64,000 nt of DNA, from assembly GCA_000146465.1 (NCBI GenBank), contig CP001952.1; one strand, written 5' to 3'. Below the pieces are notes generated by a model. It searched no databases. It was not told where the DNA came from and was given only the letters and a program-made list of their open reading frames with translations. The translations under genes were made by a program, and so were the position numbers. Positions 41,035-51,307 of the stretch are shown in pieces; position 1 is the stretch's first letter; every line of letters begins with the position of its first letter.

Positions 41035-41688
41035 TCAGGAAAGAATCAGAAAGAGATTGATGAAGATTTGAATCGCTATTGTTCCAACAAAGACTATAGG
41101 TGCTTTTATGCTTGACATAAGCCATATCTTTATCACATCGCCTATTATCCAACAAAAATATACTTCTTTCGGTGATCTTTTAGTCTCTTTCTTTGGAGAC
41201 TCAAAAGTCTTTTCTTCTCTTTCCAGTACAAGCTGAAAAAGATTAACAGCTATTTCAAGAACCGATGAAAACCTTCCACAATGCTCGTAAGATCCATAGA
41301 GAGTCCCGTATAGATTTATGGAGAAAACAAAAACACATATTATTCCCAAAACACTTCCTTTTGGGCCATATCTTCTGTAGATCACCCTCATAGTTCTATT
41401 TCCAAGTATCTTTGCCTCATATGTACTTAAAGGCCTCTTATTTATAGCTATAAGGAAGACATGCAGTATGATGGTGAAAACATATTGTGCCAAGAGAAAT
41501 TGTGAGTATCTCTCAAAGCTGTAATGAAATATCTTGAGTATGTTTGTCATTATGAAGAATGTCGAAATAAGTGGGGAAAGAAGAATATCCCTTGCAAGTA
41601 TTTGTGGGACATACCCGACTATTGGGGAGACAACAAAAGCAGCGTAAAGTGCCGGACAGTCTGTTCTTAGTAATTTTGCCGGGTTCAT
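41035..41688 (-). CDS. PQ-loop repeat membrane protein
   Basis: Seven TM helices with a PQ motif (VGYVPQILA). Confidence 0.55.
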   Translation of the reverse strand: MNPAKLLRTDCPALYAAFVVSPIVGYVPQILARDILLSPLISTFFIMTNILKIFHYSFERYSQFLLAQYVFTIILHVFLIAINKRPLSTYEAKILGNRTMRVIYRRYGPKGSVLGIICVFVFSINLYGTLYGSYEHCGRFSSVLEIAVNLFQLVLEREEKTFESPKKETKRSPKEVYFCWIIGDVIKIWLMSSIKAPIVFVGTIAIQIFINLFLILS

Positions 41689-41785
41689 ATTGTTTTTGCA
41701 GACAAAACAAATTATGTGAGGAGAAAATCAACAAATCTCCGATTTCTTCCAGGTGAACCAAACAAATCAATCCAAATGATCCCTA

Positions 41786-42664
41786 ATGATAAAAGAAATA
41801 GTAAAAAGGAAGGTTCTTCAACTATCGGATTACTACAACAAGTCTGAAATTTTGTTTCTTTTGGACTATAACCTAGAGGGTGGCAAGGAATTAAGATACA
41901 AGGCGTATATCCATGTTCTGAATGCACTGAATGGAGAGATGAATGAAAAGAATCTTACGGTGGGATATACTATTGAATTACTCCAGGCAGCTCTACTTAT
42001 TACAGACGACCTAATGGACAATTCGGAGGTGAGAAGAGAGAAGCCTTGCTACTATCTTAAGAGAGGAACAAAAGTGATTAAAGACGCTTTTTTTCTTTTA
42101 GGAGTTATAAGAAAGATGATAGACAAAAGGATGAAAAGGCCCTATTCATACTCAATATTCAAGACCTGTATTGGACAAACACATGATACAATCCGAAAGA
42201 CAAGGGCGGAATACAACATTGAAGCATATACTGCCATTGCGGAAAGTAAGACAGGTGCCTATACCTTTTACTTACCTGCCATCTTTGGGTATATATCTGC
42301 CAAAAAGAAGGAGCCAGAGTATCTTTGGGATTTCTGTAACCTCGGGGCTTTAATCTTTCAAATGCAGGACGATTATCTGAATTTCTTCCCCGAAAAATCC
42401 GGAAAATCGATGAATGATCTTGAGGAGATGAAGTGTACCTGGTTTACCTCAAAAATATCACAGATGAAAAATCCCGCTGTTGAAAGGTATTTTTCGAAGG
42501 GAGAAGTATCCTCGGATTTGCTCTCTATAGTAAAAGATCTTTTTAAGGAGTATTCCTTTACTCTTGATAAACTACTGGCAAGGCTTACCTTTGTGGTAGA
42601 TGAAAATGGGAAGAAAGTACTTGGTGTTTTCATTTCATTTCTTGAAAAGAGAGCTCTGGTGTAA
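41786..42664 (+). CDS. ERG20: farnesyl diphosphate synthase (polyprenyl synthetase)
   Basis: FARM LLITDDLMDNSEVRR and SARM FQMQDDYLNFF. Confidence 0.85.
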   Translation: MIKEIVKRKVLQLSDYYNKSEILFLLDYNLEGGKELRYKAYIHVLNALNGEMNEKNLTVGYTIELLQAALLITDDLMDNSEVRREKPCYYLKRGTKVIKDAFFLLGVIRKMIDKRMKRPYSYSIFKTCIGQTHDTIRKTRAEYNIEAYTAIAESKTGAYTFYLPAIFGYISAKKKEPEYLWDFCNLGALIFQMQDDYLNFFPEKSGKSMNDLEEMKCTWFTSKISQMKNPAVERYFSKGEVSSDLLSIVKDLFKEYSFTLDKLLARLTFVVDENGKKVLGVFISFLEKRALV

Positions 42665-42779
42665 GCCTGGAACTTAGAGTATGGCAAGAGGATCGAAAAG
42701 GAAACAGATCTGAAATGCTCCCGTCCTTTTTCCGGCTAGAGATGGAATTATATTTATTGGAAGCGAACAACCCCTTGGC

Positions 42780-44162
42780 ATGAACTCCAATTTTTTCAAT
42801 CAGCAAAACAGAGATGATAATAATCAGAAGAACCCATTTTTGAACACACCTTTTGGATCTCAGCAAAATACATTTGGAAGCCAAATGAACAAGCCGAACA
42901 TCTTTGGGAGCCAGCCTCAGCAGGGAGCCTTTGGGGCACAGCAACCGGGAGGAATGTTTAATCCTTCATCATCTACAGGATTCGGAGGAAATGGACAGGG
43001 CTTTGGCTCACAAGGATTTCCTAATAAGCAAGACCAAAGTATTGGGTTTGGTTCACAGCAACCACAGGCTCAACCAACCTCTTTGTTTGGGAAGCCCGCA
43101 AGCATTCAGCCTAGTGGAAACACCTCAATATTTGGAGGCCAGAGCACTCTTCAACCATCAACAGACCTATTCAAGCCACAGACTGCCGTTCCTCCTTCTT
43201 CTGGGGTGTTTGGATCACACCAAGCAAGCAATACATTTGGGACACAGTTTCAACCACAAACAAGTAACATCTTTGGAGCACAGGGAGCTGGAGTTGGGCA
43301 AGTTACTAACCCATTTACTACATCTGCACAGAATTCCCTTTCTGTTGGAACACAGTCTGCACCGAGTCAAGGGACGGAGTCTTCGGGAATAGGATCAATT
43401 AGCGGGGTAGGAACTTCACAGCCCCTTGGAGGAATTCCAGGCCTAAAACCCCAGGCAACACAGGCAGGAGGAAACAATCTCCAAGCTTCAAACCCATTTG
43501 CTAATACAACATCAAGCATGGCACCAGCTACGGGAATACAAAATAATTCGCCTTCGTTTGCTGCACCAATGCAAGCTCCACATATTGGGAGTAACGAAAC
43601 ATTCAATTCACAAGCATCTCCCTCTACACCAGACACCTTGGGCCAGGCACTTGAGACAAAGGACTCAAGCTCTTCTGGCAGAAAGGCCAGAACACCTGCT
43701 TCTGTTTTCAATCAGCCTGTAGGAGAGAAGGGTGTGAGCTTCATACAAATGACACTTGGAGAGATTATACAACAGCAGACAAGAAAGCTCGAAGAAAACA
43801 TAAGGGTCTTCAAAGAGAAGGCAAAGGAGGTTTTCGAGCAGGACGAAAGAATAATCAGATCATTGAACAACTATAAGTTAATAAGAAACAAAATTGAAGA
43901 GGAAGAGCGTGTAATTGCAGAAACAGAAGAGAATGTGGACTTTTTTGAAAAGTGGCTGTGCAGCTTCCAGGAAGAGGTTCCTGAGGGGACTGGAGACGAG
44001 CTTCTAACATGTATTCGAGAATTCGAAAGAGTGTGCGACAAATATAACAAGACTATTGAAACTCTCAAGGACGAAGAAGATGAAGTTATGTGTCTAGTTA
44101 ACGAAAATTATAATCTCATAACCACTATCGAGGAGAAGCTTGAACTTCTTGAGAAGTACTAA
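42780..44162 (+). CDS. NSP1: FG-repeat nucleoporin (Nsp1/Nup62 family)
   Basis: About 20 FGSQ/FGAQ/IFG repeats in a Q/S/T/N-rich N-terminal region, followed by a C-terminal heptad coiled coil. Confidence 0.75.
   Translation: MNSNFFNQQNRDDNNQKNPFLNTPFGSQQNTFGSQMNKPNIFGSQPQQGAFGAQQPGGMFNPSSSTGFGGNGQGFGSQGFPNKQDQSIGFGSQQPQAQPTSLFGKPASIQPSGNTSIFGGQSTLQPSTDLFKPQTAVPPSSGVFGSHQASNTFGTQFQPQTSNIFGAQGAGVGQVTNPFTTSAQNSLSVGTQSAPSQGTESSGIGSISGVGTSQPLGGIPGLKPQATQAGGNNLQASNPFANTTSSMAPATGIQNNSPSFAAPMQAPHIGSNETFNSQASPSTPDTLGQALETKDSSSSGRKARTPASVFNQPVGEKGVSFIQMTLGEIIQQQTRKLEENIRVFKEKAKEVFEQDERIIRSLNNYKLIRNKIEEEERVIAETEENVDFFEKWLCSFQEEVPEGTGDELLTCIREFERVCDKYNKTIETLKDEEDEVMCLVNENYNLITTIEEKLELLEKY
42828..43560 (+). 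repeat. FG-repeat low-complexity coding region of the nucleoporin
   Basis: Recurring ...FGSQ.../...FGAQ... units are seen directly. Coordinates are approximate. Confidence 0.6.
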
Positions 44163-44293
44163 GTAAAGGTATTTATTTCCTCTTCGAAAGAACTTCCATA
44201 AATCAATAAAATGCAGGCTCAGGTATGAACCCTTCTTTTTAACCGATTTTTCTAGAACTTTCAAAAGATAAAACAGGGCCTAGTGGTGTCCCC

Positions 44294-46288
44294 ATGGAGT
44301 TTGTTGGAGTTGACGTTGGAAACTATAAAACAGTAATAGCATCCTCCAAGGACAACGGAAAGGTGTATGGGGACGAGCAAGGAAAGAGGTCTATAAAGAC
44401 CATAATGGAGCTTAGCATGCCGATACGACGGTTTGGAAATAGTGTGACCAATGACACAGAAAACTCGCTTGAAGTAAGAAGCAGAAGCTTCAGGGACTCT
44501 CTGTCGGACAAGAAGGATTGGGGGAATTTCGGGATGTTTATGAAGTATATTGATAGGGTAGTGAAAAGGAATACACCTACCCATCCTCCTGTGTGTATGA
44601 CTATTCCGGTTTATTTTAAGGAAAAAGAAAGAAGAACCCTAGTGGATATTGCAAATGCTATGGGCTTCAAGCTTGAGGGGCTTGTCGCAGACATATCTGG
44701 AATGGGAATGTTTGCATGTGTCAGGAGAGAGGGTATGCCTAGCCAGTTCCTTCTTTTTGATTTCGGATATTCTAAGTCTACTGCTGGGATCTTTAGTTTT
44801 GAAAAGAACGTGTTCAAGCCTCTATATACCAAGGCTGTGAAGATAGGATCTATGCAGTTTGATGAGAAGCTGATTGACATCATCATCGAAAAGCATTCTC
44901 TGGAAAAAAGCCAACTGATTCGAGAGAGAGTTAAAAGAAACCTTGACAAAATCAAAACAACACTGAACTCCACCAAGTGCTGCAGTATCCAACTGTTTAT
45001 TACTGAAAACCCTTTGGAGGTGGTTGTTACACAGGATGAATACAAGGAAGCAGTTGAGACTTATCTAAATGATCTAGGTTCTTTTGTTGATTCTGTTATG
45101 GAAGAAACAAAGTTTGATGGGCTGATCGAGGTTGTTGGGGGAAATTCAATTTCGTTTCTTATTAAGAATATGCTGAAAGATAAGATCAAATACCAGTCTA
45201 CATTGGATGTTTCGGATGCCTCTGCCATCGGAGCAGCCCTCGGACTTGCATGCAGATCCTTACGGGCAAGATATCTACTCCATGACATTGTTGGAAGAGA
45301 AATTTCCATAAAGATTGAAGGAGAGGATGTTAACCCCACAGTTATTTTCAGTCCCACCGAACTGATTGAAGGAAATCCAAAGAAGATTACATACAATAGA
45401 AAGGGAAGCTTTGGAATAGAAATTCTAGAGGATGGGGAAGTTATTTCGACTCTTGAAATCCAGAAGATGGAGACAGAGGAGCCAAAGGCAATCCATGTGT
45501 CTTTTTCGATAGGAAAGTTTGGAACAGTATGTGTAACCTCTGTGGAATGTGAAGATTCTGTAGATTACAAATACAAGCCTTTCGGGCTGTCGGAGATTGA
45601 CATGGACGATATTAAGGCACTAGAGATAAAGTATCGAGACGAGGAGTTGGGCCTTGAAAGAATAGGAGCAATGAGAAATGAGCTAGAAACTATGGCAGTA
45701 GGGCTTGGGGATGTTTTATATAGTAGATTTGGAGATATAATAAGTGAAGACGAGCTAAATACTGTCAAGGAAGTGGCCATGGACTTGTTTGACATGGCAC
45801 AATCCGAGACTGTAGCCCAAGAAGAGGAGGTTAGGAATTCCATCTTATCGAGGTTTGAATTTGTGTCGAAGAAGCTTAGCGACTATGAGGATGCGGTGTC
45901 TGAGGACCTTAGGAAGCACAAGGAAGCCATCGAAGAGTTCAAAAGAGAAAACTCCAAGGTTTTTACACCTAGTTTCTACAAGTTGCAGGGGCTTCTTTAC
46001 AAACTAGACGAGTATCTCAAGACCTTTGATCTGAATTTATTTAATGTAGAATCGTTTGATGGAAACTTTATAACCGAGGTCAAAAGTGACATCCAGAAGT
46101 ATCTAGAAAAGGCTAAAGCGGAGGTTGAAGAGAAGAAAAGAGAGGCCGAGAAGGAAAAGGAGAAAGAAGATGAAAAGACCAAAGAAAAATCCGAAGAAGA
46201 TACTAGTGATGACTCAAAGAATAAGAAAGAGTCTGAAAGTAAAGATAATAGCCATGAGGAATCTGATGTTGCAAGCATCGATGAATAA
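44294..46288 (+). CDS. divergent Hsp70-superfamily protein (Hsp110/Sse1-like) with acidic KE-rich tail
   Basis: N-terminal actin-like ATPase fold (GVDVGNYKTVIA...) colinear with Hsp70/Hsp110. The C-terminus is a KEKEKEDEK low-complexity tail. Confidence 0.6.
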   Translation: MEFVGVDVGNYKTVIASSKDNGKVYGDEQGKRSIKTIMELSMPIRRFGNSVTNDTENSLEVRSRSFRDSLSDKKDWGNFGMFMKYIDRVVKRNTPTHPPVCMTIPVYFKEKERRTLVDIANAMGFKLEGLVADISGMGMFACVRREGMPSQFLLFDFGYSKSTAGIFSFEKNVFKPLYTKAVKIGSMQFDEKLIDIIIEKHSLEKSQLIRERVKRNLDKIKTTLNSTKCCSIQLFITENPLEVVVTQDEYKEAVETYLNDLGSFVDSVMEETKFDGLIEVVGGNSISFLIKNMLKDKIKYQSTLDVSDASAIGAALGLACRSLRARYLLHDIVGREISIKIEGEDVNPTVIFSPTELIEGNPKKITYNRKGSFGIEILEDGEVISTLEIQKMETEEPKAIHVSFSIGKFGTVCVTSVECEDSVDYKYKPFGLSEIDMDDIKALEIKYRDEELGLERIGAMRNELETMAVGLGDVLYSRFGDIISEDELNTVKEVAMDLFDMAQSETVAQEEEVRNSILSRFEFVSKKLSDYEDAVSEDLRKHKEAIEEFKRENSKVFTPSFYKLQGLLYKLDEYLKTFDLNLFNVESFDGNFITEVKSDIQKYLEKAKAEVEEKKREAEKEKEKEDEKTKEKSEEDTSDDSKNKKESESKDNSHEESDVASIDE

Positions 46289-46349
46289 AGTATGACATAA
46301 TTTGCTTTTATTAGGCTTTTTTTGCAAAATCCTTCTTTGGATCTCTTTG

Positions 46350-47045
46350 TTAGGAGGTCTGCTTGGTCTCTGGGAACATTTCTCCCTTTTCCTCAAAGCC
46401 AAAGTAGTTCTTTTGTATGAGACTTTGGTACATCTTCAGGGTTGTTGTAAATACCAGTCCAGCCAGTAAGAACAGAATTCCTCCAAGCAGTGCCCTTGTC
46501 CCGAAGTCTCTAGTAACTGGAAGATTCTCCTCCCCATCCTTTGGAATGATTTTTTCCTTGATATTGAAGTTGATTATTTTCCTTCTACCATCATCAATGA
46601 CTCTTTTCTTTATGAGAAAAAGGTCTCTGTATCTTCTGTGGTCAACATTGTTACGTTCCAGGGTGTTTACAATCTTGTTGTGAAGGTCAGGACTCATGTC
46701 TGCCATCTCACGGTGGATCAGGTCGTTAATACTCTCGGGATTAATCTTAAACTTTCCTATTCTCAGAGATTTGATGGCTCCAGCAGGAGATTCAGCTTTA
46801 CTTGAGTCTAAGGTAGAAAAGTCAAGATCTTTGCTCTTTTCGCCAACAATGGTCTCTTTTGAGGCGTTGTTTTCCCCAGCCTCAAGCAAGTTGGACTCAC
46901 TCACGGATATCATCGAGGATTCTCCATTGTAGTCGGAATAGGCCTCCCTGTTACTTATTCTGTCTATGTATGGGATAAGATTTTGGTTGTAGTACTCTGC
47001 AATTGCAGTAACCGAGCCAAGTATTAAGAATGTATTGAATAACAT
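46350..47045 (-). CDS. hypothetical type I membrane protein (signal peptide plus C-terminal TM)
   Basis: Signal peptide MLFNTFLILGSVTAIA and a C-terminal TM helix (ALLGGILFLLAGLVFTTTL). No homolog recognised. Confidence 0.45.
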   Translation of the reverse strand: MLFNTFLILGSVTAIAEYYNQNLIPYIDRISNREAYSDYNGESSMISVSESNLLEAGENNASKETIVGEKSKDLDFSTLDSSKAESPAGAIKSLRIGKFKINPESINDLIHREMADMSPDLHNKIVNTLERNNVDHRRYRDLFLIKKRVIDDGRRKIINFNIKEKIIPKDGEENLPVTRDFGTRALLGGILFLLAGLVFTTTLKMYQSLIQKNYFGFEEKGEMFPETKQTS

Positions 47046-47142
47046 TTTCGATTCATTTCATCGATATTTTAAGCACTGTTGAAACACGGGGCTAACGCGG
47101 TTTCACATCAGAGAAAAAGTTACAGTTGTATCAAAGAATATT

Positions 47143-47457
47143 TTAATTCCTGTTTTTCAATCCAGAAATTGGACCCTTAGATGCTAAACCTGAGTGTCTT
47201 CCCCTCAAGAAATGGTTGGCCGATATTTTAAAAGGACTTAAACCGCTTCTAGACACTAGGCTACTCCCTTGTTGGTCTAGGACTTCTCCTGTGTTATTGT
47301 CGTCAGATCCGCTTTCCGACGGCATAGCCATCTCGCTTCCTCCTGTGCCTTTCGTATGAGGTATATCAATGGTCTTGTTCTGATTGTTCATTAAGGACAC
47401 CACAAGTGTCATGGTGGAGACAATCAGAGTTAGCAGACTTATTATAAATTTTAACAT
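47143..47457 (-). CDS. hypothetical small signal-peptide/TM protein (104 aa)
   Basis: N-terminal hydrophobic segment (MLKFIISLLTLIVSTMTLVVSL) followed by a hydrophilic S/G-rich tail. Intergenic placement supports a real gene. Confidence 0.35.
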   Translation of the reverse strand: MLKFIISLLTLIVSTMTLVVSLMNNQNKTIDIPHTKGTGGSEMAMPSESGSDDNNTGEVLDQQGSSLVSRSGLSPFKISANHFLRGRHSGLASKGPISGLKNRN

Positions 47458-47503
47458 AAACTTTGCATCTTTCCAAATTAAATACTACGAATGAAACAAA
47501 GCC

Positions 47504-48001
47504 TCATCTACCTGAGACAAACTTGTCAAACAGTATCAAGATGCATACAAGTATAAAGACAAGGAGGGCCGCTAAGACTAGAAATCCTTCGATTTTTTCC
47601 TGTCTTTGGCTCTCCTTGAGTTTTTTTCTTGTGTCCATTAGAGCTTTTTCGATGTCAGTGTTCGTATAGTTCAATCCCATGAGCTTTAAGGTACTTTTCC
47701 CTAATATTTGTTGATTGGAATCGGCCTTTCCTATTTGTCTGTGAACAAGCTTTATTGTATTCTCTAGTTCATCGATGTTCTCCATACTTTCAGAAGTTTC
47801 CTTGTGCTCTTGAATGATCCTGTATACTTTATTTCTCCAATCTTTAACTTTGTTCTTAGACAGGTCATCGTATTCTCCTCTCTCGTAGAGATCCTTCTCA
47901 TAATCTCTTATCATTGTCTGTATAAGCGACACATGGTTTCGAAGGTCTTCTTGAGAAGCAAACTCTTTTTTCAAGAGCTCTTCGTTTATCTTCTTCTCCA
48001 T
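47504..48001 (-). CDS. tail-anchored coiled-coil protein, possible Q-SNARE (Sec20/Use1-like)
   Basis: Coiled coil with a single C-terminal TM helix (FLVLAALLVFILVCILILF). The track start is GTG; the first ATG (MEKKINEE) is used. Confidence 0.45.
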   Translation of the reverse strand: MEKKINEELLKKEFASQEDLRNHVSLIQTMIRDYEKDLYERGEYDDLSKNKVKDWRNKVYRIIQEHKETSESMENIDELENTIKLVHRQIGKADSNQQILGKSTLKLMGLNYTNTDIEKALMDTRKKLKESQRQEKIEGFLVLAALLVFILVCILILFDKFVSGR

Positions 48002-48088
48002 TCCTTGGGGCAAGGTAAGGAATGACACTCTAAGGGAGATGCTGAAAAAAGCAGTTTAGATAGAAAATTAAAATCTACAAGAAAGCTT

Positions 48089-49495
48089 CTATTTATTTGC
48101 CACTCCCTCTTCTTGGGATTCTATTATTGCTTTCTTTTCTTGATCTGTGCTATGCCTGGATATCCGGTCCAGAATGAAGTATTTGTAGACAAATAATCCC
48201 GTGGTTACAGACGCAAAGCAGATATTTACAAAGAAGAACAACTTATAGTTTGCAGCTCTATCTTCTATAGGAATGTCCTTTCCTTTCATCTTGTCTTCGG
48301 AGAAAAGATTTCCAAATACAAGAGAGGTAGCAAGAGATCCAAGAGCCGTGAAGGTTCCGTGGTAGATCATCTGAGAAGTGGATTTGAGATGTGGAGGGCA
48401 AAGGTTCATGGCTAGTTGAACTGCAGATGGCTGAAGAAGCCCAAAGTATACACCCCTTGTAAGTTCAATAAGGCAACAGTACAAAAACACATTAGGATCG
48501 TCGTAGTCTAATACGAAATAGCATCCGACCCTGAGTATCTGGAAAAGTTGAGCAATGAAAAAGGGCCAGACTAGCCCAATTCTTTTGCTTATAGCAGGGA
48601 AATTATAAAGCATTATAACTTCAAAAACCATTCCACACATGGTTGTTGTGGCTACTGGAGATTCATTAAAAAAGCCAACTAAAGATTGAAGCCAGGAGGG
48701 CCATGTGTCAGGGAGATCGTATCCTTTGATCTGTAACACATCTGTTAGATATACTGTATGGTATATAGACAATGCCTGTCTTGTTATTCCGTTCAAAAGT
48801 ATCATGAGTATGAAGAACAGATAAGATCTGTTTCTCATTAGTTCCTTGCAGTTTGCAGTTATATCTCTCCTAACAGCCCTTCCCTCGCTTGCAGGAGATT
48901 TGAGCAAGAGAAACACTAAGGATGCCGATATAGCAGTGGTCACTAAAGAGTAGTATCTCAGATTCTCAAATTTGAAATCATCTCCAAACTTGATGCATTT
49001 TTCTATTACCTTACAAGACAAACCGTATCCTGCCGTTCCCCACAATTTCTGCTTTCCGTAGGCTCGGGCCCCCGCCTCAGGAATCCCATTCAGGTAATCT
49101 AATACAGCCTTGTCGAGCAATGGAGGAATCCCATTATTAAAAGCCATGTAAAGGAGAAAGTTGATCCAGAACATCCCCGGAAAGATACCTACATACAAAT
49201 CCACATAGAACAGCTGAAGAAGAGCGCAGGTAAGAAGAAGAGCACCAACTATAAATAGATGGGATCTTCCGAATTTGTCATTCATCGTACCAATGAAAAT
49301 ATTGGTAAAGAATATTGTCCCAAGCATCGGGCCCATGTATTTTGCAAGATCCCCGTCCGAGGCTCCAAACTTCTTTTTTGCAAATACCCCTCTGAACTGA
49401 TGAAGAGTGTAGTACTGGAGATTCACAAAAAAGTACAAAATTTTTGGCGTAATTAGAAACTTCCTGTTTAGTTTTTTTATAGACTCTATCATCAT
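48089..49495 (-). CDS. MFS transporter (MFSD6/MFS_1_like family), paralog A
   Basis: Twelve TM helices. Motifs YYTLHQFR and AYGKQKLWGTAGY are shared with the downstream paralog. Confidence 0.7.
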   Translation of the reverse strand: MMIESIKKLNRKFLITPKILYFFVNLQYYTLHQFRGVFAKKKFGASDGDLAKYMGPMLGTIFFTNIFIGTMNDKFGRSHLFIVGALLLTCALLQLFYVDLYVGIFPGMFWINFLLYMAFNNGIPPLLDKAVLDYLNGIPEAGARAYGKQKLWGTAGYGLSCKVIEKCIKFGDDFKFENLRYYSLVTTAISASLVFLLLKSPASEGRAVRRDITANCKELMRNRSYLFFILMILLNGITRQALSIYHTVYLTDVLQIKGYDLPDTWPSWLQSLVGFFNESPVATTTMCGMVFEVIMLYNFPAISKRIGLVWPFFIAQLFQILRVGCYFVLDYDDPNVFLYCCLIELTRGVYFGLLQPSAVQLAMNLCPPHLKSTSQMIYHGTFTALGSLATSLVFGNLFSEDKMKGKDIPIEDRAANYKLFFFVNICFASVTTGLFVYKYFILDRISRHSTDQEKKAIIESQEEGVANK

Positions 49496-49739
49496 TCTCC
49501 AAACATGAACTTTTATTTATAGATTTCTAGTAAATTAAATTTAATATATTTAAGGAGTACATCAACTTTATATTTAGAGTCAAAAATCTTTCCCATCAAA
49601 TTAATTTTTGATATTCATTGGACGGCGCGGAATTATTGCCAAGATAGCCTTGGTTAGGTTCTTTTCTCGCTTTTTTTTCGGCTTTGGGTAGTACCAAATG
49701 GCGCTTTGATATTTTACTTCAAAGGCGGTTTGATTTCAT

Positions 49740-51122
49740 TTATGCTTTTTGAGATATTCTTCTACAGAAAAAAAGAACATTGAGTGGCTTCTTATCTCTA
49801 ACTCCATACTTAATAAGGAAAAGAAAGATTGAGATGGTAGTGACAAGGATGTTTGACATAAAAAATATCCTAAATGACTCGATTCTCCTGGCAATAATCT
49901 CTTCTGGGTCTAAGGTTTCATTGTTTCTGAATACATACCGGAAATAGAGCCCCGCTGTTACTGAACTAATAGCGGTAAATGCACCGTTGTATATCATCTG
50001 AGATGTAGCCTTTAGATGAGGGGGACATAATTTCTCGGCCAGTTGCACTCCAGCCCCATGGGAGAGGCCGAAATTTATTCCCTTAAATATCTCAAACATA
50101 CAACAAAAGGCGAACACATGTGGATTAGTAGGAGGGAGAATAAGATACAGTACAAATCGGATCGTCTGGGATATCTGAGAAAGAAGTAGTGGCCAGAGAA
50201 GACCTGTTTTCTTGGAGACTATATCGAAATAAAACAGAATTCCTATTTCGAGGGAGATTTCAAACATGGTGATAGTCCCAAATGGAAAGTTGTTAAGAGC
50301 CCATAAACTGCTTCTTACCCATGCAGGCCAAGATGCAGGGAGTATGTATGGTTTCACTTTAAGTACATACTTAACATAGATCGGAAGGTAAAGTGTCATT
50401 GCAGCACGCGTGAATCCATTCAGGAAAATTATAAGTATGAAAAACAAATACTCTCTATTTCTCAGTAATTCCTTCCATTCAGACATAATGTTGTAACTGG
50501 GTCCTCTGCACTCGCTTTTTGAATCCTCTAAAAGTGTAGCCACCAGAATGACTGCGATTATTGTTGTCGCAAGAGAATAGTATCTGAGACCTGAGAAATC
50601 AATTCCACTTTTGGAATTCGTTGTTCTTATGATTCCCTCAAGAGCAAAGATGCTGATCAAATACCCGGCTGTCCCCCAGATTCTCTGCTTTCCATAGGCC
50701 TTGGTGTTTTCATCTGAAAACTTGTTTAGATAGTCCAGCACAATCTTGTCCAGTAAGGCCATGATTGGCGTATTAGTTCCTAGATAAGCAAATAGATTTA
50801 TCCAGAACATAGAGCGGACTCCTTTGAAATATCTTTCTATATAGAACAGCTGGAAAAAAATACAGGATAGAGACAACAGGGCAACCATGAAGATCTTTGG
50901 CCTTCCAAACTTATCGTTCATTGTTGCGAGAAGTATGTTGGTGAAGAAAGTCACAAACAATAAGATCCCCATTGCACCCAACTCGCTTTCTCCAATTCCA
51001 AACATTTCTTTAGCAAACAGAGGCCTGAACTTGTGCAATGTGTAGTACTGCATGCTAATCGCAACATATAAGGCCTTTGGACCTAGTAGATATTTCTTGT
51101 TTAACCTTGAAAGTAGATCCAT
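49740..51122 (-). CDS. MFS transporter (MFSD6/MFS_1_like family), paralog B
   Basis: About 40% identical to paralog A along the whole length: YYTLHKFRPLFAKEMFG and AYGKQRIWGTAGY. The track ORF extends to ATG 51206. The start is placed at MDLLSRLNKK (51122), which aligns with the paralog A N-terminus. Confidence 0.7.
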   Translation of the reverse strand: MDLLSRLNKKYLLGPKALYVAISMQYYTLHKFRPLFAKEMFGIGESELGAMGILLFVTFFTNILLATMNDKFGRPKIFMVALLSLSCIFFQLFYIERYFKGVRSMFWINLFAYLGTNTPIMALLDKIVLDYLNKFSDENTKAYGKQRIWGTAGYLISIFALEGIIRTTNSKSGIDFSGLRYYSLATTIIAVILVATLLEDSKSECRGPSYNIMSEWKELLRNREYLFFILIIFLNGFTRAAMTLYLPIYVKYVLKVKPYILPASWPAWVRSSLWALNNFPFGTITMFEISLEIGILFYFDIVSKKTGLLWPLLLSQISQTIRFVLYLILPPTNPHVFAFCCMFEIFKGINFGLSHGAGVQLAEKLCPPHLKATSQMIYNGAFTAISSVTAGLYFRYVFRNNETLDPEEIIARRIESFRIFFMSNILVTTISIFLFLIKYGVRDKKPLNVLFFCRRISQKA

Positions 51123-51307
51123 CCTAGAGATTGAAGGGGGCCTTTTATTATTTTGATTCACCAATTTTGAAAAATTTTGATGAACTTTGACTCTTGGGAT
51201 TTCCATTAGATGTTCTATGTGCTCCTTTATATTAAGTTAATTGGTTAATTCCAGAGTGAAGAGGGGTAGCTTAGAAGTACAAAAACTACAGCCCATAGAT
51301 AGAGGGC

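Noticed and set aside
42904-43392. 162-aa plus-strand ORF overlapping the FG-nucleoporin in another frame
   Set aside because: An alternative frame of the repetitive FG-repeat region. The in-frame nucleoporin reading is far more convincing.
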